From Octopus vulgaris (taxonomy: Eukaryota): a stretch of 64,000 nucleotides of DNA. Under the pieces are notes generated by a model that was not told the origin of the DNA, made no database searches, and saw only the letters and a program-made list of their open reading frames with translations. The stretch lies in the NCBI GenBank assembly GCA_951406725.2, contig OX597815.1, positions 47,802,001-47,866,000 of the forward strand, in the 5' to 3' direction. The position numbers were made by a program, and so were the translations under genes. Shown here piece by piece: positions 53,744 to 64,000 of the stretch. Position 1 is the first letter of the stretch, and each line of letters starts with the position of its first letter.

Positions 53744-53978
53744 CCACAGGGTGCTGAAAAATTCTTGGATTTGGGTAAAAGAAAATACAGGAGGATAAAT
53801 TAATTATGATTTTATTTAACATATTCTTCTCTCGGATTCATACAATTATCGCAGTGGCCCTTCAGTTCTTCTGAGCCCTGTAAAAAAGCTCTGAAGTCTG
53901 GGCCTCCAAACAGGCCTTTCGCGACACTTTATTATTCTATTATTTCCTCTTTGCCAAGAATTTTTCAGCACCCCTTCG
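53744..53978. mobile_element. Mariner-type MITE (family of 23941-24157)
   Basis: GGGTGCTGAAAAATTCTTGG and CCAAGAATTTTTCAGCACCC. Confidence 0.85.
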
Positions 53979-54038
53979 TGTATGTATGAGTGTGTACACA
54001 CACACACACAAACACACACATATATATATGTATATATA

Positions 54039-54175
54039 GGCGCAGGCATGAATGCGTGGTAAGAAGCTTGCTTCTCAACCGCATGCTTCTGGGTTCAGTC
54101 CCACTGGGTGGCACCTTGGTCAAGTATCTTCTTCTATAACCTCGGGCCGACCAACAACTTGAGTGGATTTGGTAG

Positions 54176-54246
<71 letters not shown>

Positions 54247-54482
54247 TATATTTTTGTGTGTCGGTCATTGTGACTGTTTGTTCCCCTCCCACCGTCGCTT
54301 GACAAACGATGTTGGTCCGTTTATGTCTCCATAAATTTGCGGTTCTGCAAAAGAAACCGATAAAATAAGTACCAAGCTTACAAAGAATAAGTCCTGGGAT
54401 CGATTTGCTCGAATAAAAAGGCAGTACTCCAGCATGGCTGCAGTCAAATGACAAACAAGTAAAAGAATAAAAGAATAAAGAA
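54039..54482 (+). mobile_element. SINE family A full-length
   Basis: Head, CACCTTGGTCAAG core, (TA)n and tail (AAAGAAT)n. Confidence 0.9.
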
Positions 54483-54499
54483 TGCATATGTACATATGC

Positions 54500-55386
54500 A
54501 GTGGAGATCCTATTCCTTGTCAGTCGTGCATGCCGCTGCTCATCCCTTTGAGAGGCTTTTGTAGTGCACAGTCTGTTCGTTTCTTGGTATTCTTCCCCTT
54601 CTGCAGCTGTCTCTCTTTCCCTGGACAGAGACATTCTTTTGGCTAACCTTGACGTTGTAGACAAATTTGACACGTTCCTTCTAAGCATGGTTATATACGT
54701 ATACAGAAATATACGGGTGCGCAAGATAGTAAACATTGAAAATAACTGGGTAATGGAAATTATATTTCTCAATACGACGGGCAGAAAACAAGTAAGAGAC
54801 TTCTACAGAAAATAAGAAATTGTACGGGTTGAAGCGAAATTTGTCAGTGAACCAAAGAGCCAATATCGAAGGAACCAGAAAAAGCCGTTAACAACAGAAA
54901 AATACAAAACTGTTGCAAAAGTAAAAAAAAAAAATAGGGAAATTAACTCAGTGTATGGATTTAAGTGAAACTTTTGGAAGTTGCTTCTGTCAGTAAATTA
55001 TGAACTTACTGTTATCATTAATTCTGTCAACAACAAAAATTAAAAAAACCAAACCGTTGCAAAAGTAAATAAGAAATTTGTGGGCAAATTTCACGAAATG
55101 TACGGATTGAAGTGAAATTTATGAAGTTACTTCTGTCAGTAAATTATTTATGAAATTACTTTCTTCAGTAATTGTAAACTTCTTTCTCTCAGTAATTTGT
55201 CGTTGCTGTTTGTAAACAGTGACTAAAAACTTACAGTGATTGGACTGAAAGTGATTCAGCTGAAAGTGAAAACAATATGGAGTGAATGAGATATAGAGAG
55301 AGGGGAGAGAGCGAGAGCTATCTAGTTTAGACAAATAAGATGTAGATAGATAGATAGATAAGATATAAATAGATAGATACAGAGGA

Positions 55387-55473
<87 letters not shown>

Positions 55474-55869
55474 TAGAGATAGAGAGATATGAATAGAGAC
55501 ATGTAGAGAGATAGAGATGGATAGAGAGATGTAGATAGAGAGATATAGACGTCACTGACGCTAGAAAACCGAAAGTAAATATTTGTTTTAATTTTCAAAG
55601 ACTTGAATCTAATATAAAAAGCAATTTTTTTATGACCAATGGATGTAAGAGAGATAATCAATTACTGAAAGTTACTTCGCAAAGAGTTACCTCCTTTCTC
55701 CACGTAACCCACGAACGGATATTTTTTTGCCCCCAGGGAACCCGTTACTCATTATATGGAAAATTTTAAGAATCTAAAATCATCTAAAATCATCCCAGTT
55801 TGGTGAAAATCAGTTGAAAAATACAGCCATTATAACTTTTACACACATGACAGGATTTATATTATAGAT
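54500..55869 (-). mobile_element. Helitron 5' portion with the start of a Rep/Hel N-terminal ORF, truncated
   Basis: Minus strand begins TCTATAATATAAATCCTGTC after an A. The ORF from ATG at 54688 reads MLRRNVSNLSTTSRLAKRMSLSRERETAAEGEEYQETNRL...QRDEQRHARL, resembling the R..ET.E.R..RL N-terminal repeats of animal Helitrons. Confidence 0.65.
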
Positions 55870-56090
55870 ATATACTTACATATGTATACATACATACATA
55901 CATACATACATACATACATACATACATACATACATTCTTTATTAATGACGGAAGCAAAATTAGTTCAGAATAGTATTCTGTATATCTTACTAAACGTGGA
56001 TAAAATATCGAAAACCACAAAACTGCAGCATTTGTCTTTGAAAAAGCTTGTCGTATCGACATATACTGCAATATAACACTGAAGAATATC

Positions 56091-56308
56091 CTTTTCTACT
56101 CTTAAGGCACAAGGCCTGAAATTTTCAGGGAGGGGCCACTCGATTAGATCGAGCCCAGTACGCAACTGGTACTTAATTTATCGACCCCCGAAAGTATGAA
56201 AGGCAAAGTCGACCTCGGCGGAATTTGAACTTAAAACATGAAGACAGACGAAATTCCACTAAGCATTTCGCCTGGAGTGCTAACGTTTCTGCCAACTCGC
56301 CACCTTAG
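56091..56308 (-). mobile_element. SINE family B variant with 14-bp TSD
   Basis: CACTGAAGAATATC occurs on both sides (~56077 and ~56309). Confidence 0.92.
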
Positions 56309-57366
56309 CACTGAAGAATATCAGTTGCAGACGGAAAACGTACAAGATCGGTGACATTGCTAAATCAGAATTTCTGTTTCTTTGTACATCATCAATAGCA
56401 AGTATCACCATGAATCGGAGGCGTAAACAAAGTTCACTTCTACTGATATTTAAAAACATTGATTAACAAAACACTGGCATCACAAATAATTAGCTGGCTG
56501 AGTGAAAATTCGTAGTTAATGATCTGAAAGAGAGCAGCATCGTCTCCCCCAGAGAAGACCATTGGAATCAGGTCAACCACTCGCAGCACTGCCACTGCGA
56601 AAAGCGTACGTTTTTTAATGTCACTATGCTGTCTCCGGTTGCTCGATGGTGCTGTCCCCAGGATTTGCTGAATCCGGGTCTTCGGGGTTGTTTGTTTATC
56701 TACGTGTCACAAGTAGAACCGGGTTTGGCAAACCGACGCTACGGCAAGCCCGAAGCCGTGTTGCTCCAAGGCGTCACGGTTGTGGAGCGGTACGTTATTC
56801 TCGCCTACTTTTGCTAGGGACTCTTGTGATCTCGGTCACCATGTAACCGGCCTTATGAATCCCAGGGGCTCGAAGAAATAAGAAAAAAACATATGCTTAA
56901 TAGTCACCAGATTTATATTTATCTTAAGTACTATTTGCAGCTCAGATGGCTTTATTTCTCCCTAGCCTCACTTAGCTGTACATGAAGTTGTAGATCAGTT
57001 TGTTGGACTACATCTAGTTGTACTTTAGCTGTATTTCCTCCTGAATGTGCCACTCAAATTAGTCCTCACTTAGTTGCGCCTCAAATGTGCTTCGGTTATT
57101 TGTACCTTACCCCGTTGAGCTTTAGATAATTGTGGTTGGATATGTCATACTGCAGTTAGATGAGCCTCAAAATACCGTGCCGTAGTTAATTGTGATTCAC
57201 CTACTTGTGCATTAGCTAGACGTGCCTCGATTGTGTTCTATACAGTTGTGCTCCAACTAGTACCGACACAGATCACTGTAGGAAATTTTATACCGTGTCC
57301 TCTGTACATGTTAGCTGTACTTTACTGTTCTCCAAACTATGAAGAAGACACTTATAAACTTAATAC

Positions 57367-57607
57367 AACTGGCTCTCAATCGGGATCCATATAGCCCCTG
57401 GGGTGGGGTTCATATAAGATTTTGTAGTTAAAATTTATGTGCAATTAATTGATTATACTTGTATAATACCAAAATATTTTTACAATTTTTTAATACAATT
57501 CCTAATAATATTTAATTCTAAATATTAAAACATTGAGTGGTCAGGGGGTCAGTAGAGTAAAATAGGAATCAAAGGGGTCCATGGCAAAAAATGATTGAGA
57601 ACCACTG
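57367..57607. mobile_element. hAT-like MITE (family of 61700-62494)
   Basis: Ends TTGAGAACCACTG, with degenerate left TIR AACTGGCTCTCAA. Internal homology to 61700-62494. Confidence 0.78.
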
Positions 57608-58037
57608 ATTTATACGTTTTGACATTGTTTTTAATGTGGAACCTAAACACCGGTTTATTTAGTACTGTTTTATCAGTAAGTGAATATGAAACCTCGTATA
57701 TTAATTGGAAGGCTTAATTAAATAGACGGGGGCTAGAAGAGCCAATTATGACTAATTTCATAATTGGTCGACCTAATAAATGTCATACTTTTTATATAAC
57801 GGTTTTGCTCTAATGATATAGCGAGCTTCTGTGTGGTCACTCGATTTGCTGAAAATAGCAATGAAAAGTGTCCCTCATATTATATCCTATCGTCTTAAAC
57901 CCAAGATATATAGTTATAAACATACTAATGCCTGAAAAAGAGACATGATGGCCACAGCTAGATTGCATTGATTATAAATATGCTACTCGTTCAGAGCTGA
58001 GTTGGGGCTGAACAACAACAAAAGCAGCAAGTCTCTG

Positions 58038-60590
58038 CAGTAGCGGATCTACCATAAAACTAATGAAGCTGAGCTTCAGGGCCCCTAATCTAGGTGGGGA
58101 CCCTCTGAAGCAACTTAATTTTTTCATTCTAACAATTTTTTCGTTTTTGTAATTTGCCATGCAGATTGTTGTTATCATACTCCTATGCAGAATCTAGACA
58201 CGCTGTCTAGCCAAGAGTTGTTCACCTGTTGTTTCTGCCAGTGTGGAGTAGCATAAAAAATAAAAGTACAAACGGCTCTCAGATAATTTGCTTTACTTGA
58301 ATTACTTTGCAAACTTCCTTGTCAAATATGTCTACTACTATATCAGCATGGTAGAGATAAGAATTCTTATTTTCACACCGTTACGTTATGACCAATGAAA
58401 GGGTTTGGCTCCTAATTTTGGACTTACAATCTGTTCAGTAACAAAGCACTTTTTCTACTTTAAAAATTGTTTCAATATCATCTTATACAAAATGAACAAT
58501 TCTTCATTTTATGATTATATATTAAGTTGTGGGGCCTTATCTTGATCGATCTCTGTCTTGTTGTGGCTAATGAAAATATTACCCCATTTTTTTTTCACGG
58601 AGGTCTAGACCCCAAGAGGAATAGCAATGTCTTTAAGAAAGTACTTAAGCGTATACCAGAAAGGCTCAACTCAAAGAAAAGCAATCTAACGAAATTTCTA
58701 AATGTCAAAATCTATCAAACTATTTTGCAATATCAAGTAAAAGTTTGTCATCACCTGCAACTGAAACAAACCATGCAAGCACCAGTGAAGTCAATGAAAG
58801 TGCACAAACCATGAGCACTCTGTTTAGCAATATTCAAACCTACTGTTGACACTTTAGGTGCAGATGATGATCACAGTGATCAAGAACTGCAAGAAAAGAG
58901 AGAGAGCAGAAAAACGAAGCAAATTTAGTGATTGCAAAGAATACTGTGACCTGGCAAACTGGCCTGTAACAATTGATGATGATTTCATACAAAACTGTTT
59001 AATGCAATACATCAGGGGTTTTTTTTTCAAAATAAAAAAAAAACAGATAATGTATATAATGAATCCAATAAGATTTTAAAATAGCAAAATCAAAGTTTCA
59101 CAAACAAGTACTTTGAAAATAAGATTGAAAAATTCTCAGCCTGTGGTGAGATCCTGGTTAGTTTACTCAAAGAGTAAACTCTTTTCTACATGCCAAATAT
59201 CACTTACAACAGGTGGGTTTTCTGATTGGATGAATATATTCAGAACTCTAGAAAATCATGAAGACATCATGGAACATAACGGTGATGTTGAGCTAGCTAA
59301 CACAAAAGTCAAATAAAAACACTGTGGATCAGCAACTTGAGGAACAGTTAAGAAAAAACATGCAGTACTATTTTGAAGTACTAAAAAGAGTTATAAAGTG
59401 TTTAAGTGCAAGAGGTTTAGCATTTAGAGGTCATGAGGAAAAGTGGGGCTCCCCAAACAATGGAAATTTTAAGGGGGACCATCGTGCTTAGTGCGGAATT
59501 TGGCCCATTTTTACATGAACATTTAGAGAAATGTAAAAATGAAAAAGTAAACATTACTAACCTATCCAAATCTGTGTATGAAGAATTGACAGAAATCATG
59601 GGAAAACATGTGAAAGATGAAGTGGTGAATCAGATCAACAACCTAGACACCAAATACTATACAATTATAGTTGACTCCACACCTGACGTGACACATGATG
59701 ACCATCTAGTAATTGTGGTTCGATAATGGAAAGCCAATGCGAGAGATTTTTAGCATTTTTTCCAATCGAAAACCATTCATCCACGATCTTGTTCAACAAA
59801 ATAACACAATTTCTGGGCGAGCATAAGCTTTCACTTAAAAATATCCGTGATCAGTCATATGATAATGCTTCCAACATGAAGGGCTCGGAGAAAGGGCTGC
59901 AAGCACTTCTTAAAAACATTAACAGGTATGCAGACTATATATCATATGGAAGCCATTCACTCAACTTTGTTTGGTAAAAGGCAGTGTCTACTGTACCCCA
60001 AGTAGCTGTATGTTTTCTTTTCTGAATTTCCTCGAAGATGGGGGATTTTGGACACATAGGGCAATCTAACCTTTTCTCAAAAGAGCTTAAAATGTAACTA
60101 GAAGGTCTGCACATTATGAAGCAGTTCGGGCAATTAAAATGGATATAGGGGTATTTTGTAAACTCTCAAACATATGTTTGAAGACTCAGGAGAGAAGCCT
60201 GAATGTAAACGAAATGCAAAAATTTATACCACAAGTTGGTAAAATTGGTATATGCTGTTTTAACAATCAATTGGGAAGAAGTTATGGAGCGTTTTAACAA
60301 AACAAGTAAGAAACTCCAAACCCCTGGTTCTGATGTATTTGAAGGTTATGAACAACAGTTAATTGAAGTGTCCCCTAATATTACCACTGCGCATAAACTG
60401 TACTTGATAATGCCTATCACGAGCTGTGAAGCAGAAAGAAGTTCCTCAAAGCTTTCCTTTGTAAATAATAAATTTTGATCTACCATGACTACAGAGCACT
60501 TAAATTCCTTATGCATATTGATTCCGAAAAATGACATTGCAAAGAAACTGTCATGTGACAAAACTGTTACTACAAAAAACAGAAAAAAGA
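58038..60590 (+). mobile_element. hAT transposon (ZMYM1/DUF4371-like transposase), heavily disrupted
   Basis: Left end CAGTAGCGGATC. Fragments DLANWP, RSWLVYS, GFSDW, LAFRGHEE..GSPNNGNF, IIVDSTPDVTH, CERFLAF, QSYDNASNMKG and PITSCEAERSSSKL (dimerisation domain). No right TIR visible. Confidence 0.92.
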
Positions 60591-60599
60591 GTATAGACG

Positions 60600-60776
60600 A
60601 CAGGCGTGGCTGTGTGGTGAGAAGTTTGCTTCACAACCACACGGTTCCGGGTTCAGTCCCACTGTGTCACCTTGGACAAGTGTTTTCTTCTATAGCCTCG
60701 GGTCGACGAAAGCCTCGTGAGTGGATTTGGTAGACGGAAACTGAAAGAAGCCTGCCGTATATGTATAAAAATATAC

Positions 60777-60857
<81 letters not shown>

Positions 60858-61052
60858 TTTGTCTCTATGTTTGTCCTCCACTACCGTTTGACAACCGGTG
60901 TTGATGCGTTTTTGACCCAGTAACTAAGCGGTTCGACAAAAGCGACCGATAGAATAAGTACCAAACTTTAAAAATATATAAGTCCTGGGGACGATTCATT
61001 CAACTAAAGATTATTCAAGGTGGTGCATCAGCATAACCGCAGTCTCAAGACT
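60600..61052 (+). mobile_element. SINE family A full-length
   Basis: CAGGCGTGGCTGTGTGGTGAGAAGTTTGC...AGTAAAAGATAAAA with a central (TG)n. Confidence 0.9.
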
Positions 61053-61699
61053 TAAACGAGTAAAAGATAAAACATGAAGGTTTCTCTCTTTTCTTTATCT
61101 ATACGTCTATATCACTATTCCTCTATATATCTGTTTATCTATCTATCGCCTGATATATTTTCCTTCTTTTTCGAAAGATACAAAACACTTAACAACAACG
61201 ATTAACATGCGCGCGCACCTGCTCAGGTGCATACACGATATATTTATATTTCGTAAACTTCAAATTGGCTATCCATCCACCTTCCCACTCCTTCAAACAG
61301 GGAAAATTTCAGTAAGACACGTATTGTAAGGGATTTATTGTTTGAGCTGTTTCTCCTATTGCTAGAGGTTGTTCTAGGACACAGGTGGAGAGATGGATAG
61401 AGGCGAGAGGGGATGCAGAAGAAAACTCAACTAAGAAGCGATAGAGATTACTTGACCTACATTTGTAGGAGAGCGGCTTCAAGTACAGTCGACTAGGGGC
61501 TTTTCTTATTTGTGGGGCGGTGAAAGAGTATGACTACCCAAAACTTAATTTTTGATGTAGCATCTGGTTGCGTGGTTTTGTTGCAAAGAAGCCACAGTCG
61601 TGAGATTCTGGGTTCAATCCGAATGCAAGGCAGGAATCTTGAGCATCTTCCACAACATTCTCGATTCAACCTGAATTTTGAGAGTGGCAATGTGTTAAT

Positions 61700-62494
61700 C
61701 AGTGGTTCTAAACCGGGGTCCGATTTTGATATAAAAATTTATCTGCAATAAATTTAATTTATTGGGTTGTTCGGAAAGTTCATGCCGATTTTTAAAGGAA
61801 AGGAAAAGGTCAATAAATACTTGCCATTACATTTTTAATCAACCAAATATGAACCATTTTGTTGCACAATGCGTTTCCACCTTTTCTCTAACTTGCAAAT
61901 ACCCTCTTGCCAAAATTGAGGTGGTTTCATGGCAAACAATTCATAAAGGGATCTTCTTACGTCATCCAAGGAATTGAAATTTTAACCATTAAGACTATTC
62001 TGTAGAGACCTGAATAAGTGGAAATCCGAAGGAGCAATATCTGGTGAATATGGAGGGTGGGGTAACACATCCCAGCCGAGCTGCAACAATTTTTGTCTGG
62101 TTCCCAAAGCATCAAGTGCCGAAAATGAACTTTCTTATCTTCCATTTTAAAGGGTTACAGAATTAACACAGGTTATAGGAACATAAACCTTCTTCCACGA
62201 AAAGATAGCTTAAACTGTGCTCTAAATGGAGGTGTAGTCAAATCCTATTTTATGGACTCAACCATGTTCTAAAATAAGTTGGAAGGTAAGCTACTATAAA
62301 TCGGCACGAACTTTCCGGACAACCCAATACTTTTTACAATGCACAAACTATTTTAGCAATCTTTATGCAGTTCCTAATAATATTTAATTGCGAAAATAGA
62401 TTTTTTTTTTTAACATCGAATGTTTAAAAGGGTCCATCCCAGTAAAATGAGAACCAAAGGGGTCCGTGGGAATAGAATTGTTTAAGGAACACTG
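61700..62494. mobile_element. hAT-like MITE split by a mariner deletion derivative
   Basis: CAGTGGTTCT...GGAACACTG, with imperfect 8-bp TSD GTGTTAAT/GTGTAGAT. Confidence 0.78.
61762..62327 (-). mobile_element. Internally deleted mariner element
   Basis: TA-TTGGGTTGTTCGGAAAGTTCATGCCGATTT ... AAATCGGCACGAACTTTCCGGACAACCCAA-TA. MEDKKVHFRHLMLWE is fused to LGWDVLPHPPYSPDIAPSDFHLFRSL. Confidence 0.95.
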
Positions 62495-62665
62495 GTGTAG
62501 ATGGAAACTGTGCAGAAGTCATTCGGACGGAATGGCTGGAATTCGGAGGTTCAGCTTTGTCATACATGGTGTCACACTGTATCTAACCTGAGAATTATAA
62601 CAAGGGTCGTTTACACTACAATATCAAGCGCTTAGTGATTTACATTTTAATACCATGCTTAAGAA

Positions 62666-62978
62666 GGTGCGTGGCTTAGTGGCTAGGGTATCAGGCTCAC
62701 GATCGTGAGTTCGATCCCCGACGGCGCGTTGTGTCCTTGAGCAAGACACTTTATTTCACGCTGCTCCAGTCCATTCAGCTGGCAAAAATGAGTAGTATCT
62801 GTACTCCAAAGGGCCAGCCTTGTCACATTCTGTCTTACGGCGAATCTCCATAAGGATTGTATTAGGGTACGTGTGTCTGTGCAGTGCTCAGCCACTTGCA
62901 CGTTAATTTCCCGAGCAGGATGTTCCGTTGATCGGATCAACTGGAACACTCATCGTCGTAACCGACGGAGTTCCAGCT
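62666..62978 (+). mobile_element. tRNA-derived SINE family C
   Basis: GGTGCGTGGCTTAGTGG A-box, GAGTTCGATCCC B-box and GTGTCCTTGAGCAAGACACTT. AATACCATG is repeated on both flanks. Confidence 0.88.
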
Positions 62979-63685
62979 TTAAATACCATGAGTGAATTTA
63001 CCACAATGCCCAGTCCTTGTTATGGTGCATTGGCTTCTGTACTTCTATGCCACATGAGCGCAAGCTCGAAGTATGGCTTCCCATTGAGGACACGTTAAAG
63101 GATAGACGCCAAACTAATATGGATCATCTCTTTTCAGATGTAAAAATGGGTTTGTGTATGGCCAAAGCACCTACCTTGAAAAAAGCAGCATTACAGAAAC
63201 ATAGATGACAATTCAAAACCAAGACCTGTAACAGGAAGGCCTTCCTTCGAGGAAATATATGAAGCCGAATTGAAAAAGCAGGAATCACTAGACAGATACA
63301 GAAAAGACAATCCAGCGTCGAGAACATAGGAGAAACTTTGTTGATGGCCTGGGTTCTATAGGAAGTGAAAAGCTTACATAAGTGAAGTACCATGAGTGAA
63401 TACGTACTTCCGTTGTCGTTGGTATTTAGTCCTAATCATTCAGTTCTAACCACAACCCTTCTTTTTATGGATGTATAAAATATATCTCCCAGACAGTAAA
63501 GTGTGACCTGAGAAAGATTTGTTACTTATTTTTGAAAGTCGAGAGACGCACAATATGCGCAACAACTCGACAAGTGGTTGGTCCTAAGAATTTATGCCAA
63601 TGTGAACTGAACAAACTGGAAAATTTGACATAAAATATACCACACAAAGATATATGGAATATTTCCCACAGGTTTCATTGCGAGG

Positions 63686-63725
63686 CATCTAAACGTTTCG
63701 GCGACTATTCGTCTCTTCAACCACT
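63686..63725 (-). ncRNA. Degenerate minimal hammerhead motif
   Basis: TTGAAGA-GACGA ATAG TCGCC-GAAA-CG-TT. C3 and stem I are decayed. Confidence 0.5.
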
Positions 63726-64000
63726 GTTGAACTAACCAAACACAGTTTTTCGTTTCACTTCATGATATACAGTAGTTGTTAACATAATTTTTGGTTCTTA
63801 TATAAATCGACCAGGGACGGATAAAGGAACCAAGCAGTCACTTTATATATCACCGAGAAATTATAACTGTCTTAGAAAGGTCGTGAAAAATCTCTTCAGA
63901 GAGTTCTAGTGACGAAATATTAAGTCAGGACGCTTAAATACATGCCAGTAGGTGTATAGTAGATAGACATACATGAATGAACCAAGGCAGTAGGACTTTA

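Noticed and set aside
56930-57330. Loose ~10-nt periodic TAGTTGT/TAGCTGT repeats
   Set aside because: Highly degenerate minisatellite-like low complexity with no definable unit or function.

Overview
AT-rich, microsatellite-saturated animal genomic DNA. The tRNA-headed SINE families, (TA)n/(TACA)n/(GATA)n/(CA)n tracts and TTAGGG repeats look like an octopus genome; this is pattern recognition, not a database result. I found no intact host protein-coding gene, and almost all listed ORFs are microsatellite artefacts. The window holds relics of Neptune-type Penelope-like elements (PLEs), RTE, L2/CR1 and R4/Dong-like LINEs, mariner, hAT and Helitron transposons, many MITEs, three or four SINE families and a ~580-bp interstitial telomeric array. 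The strongest unannotated signal is about 15 type-I hammerhead ribozyme (HHR) motifs. They sit in short non-coding elements embedded in microsatellites, in tandem, circularly permuted and inverted arrangements. One is fully intact (38643-38728, minus) and one lies inside a tRNA-derived SINE. A second hidden feature is a decayed 5-exon cysteine-rich Ly6/uPAR (three-finger)-like gene on the minus strand at ~30.3-32.8 kb. All folds and splice models were worked out by eye and need computational and experimental confirmation.
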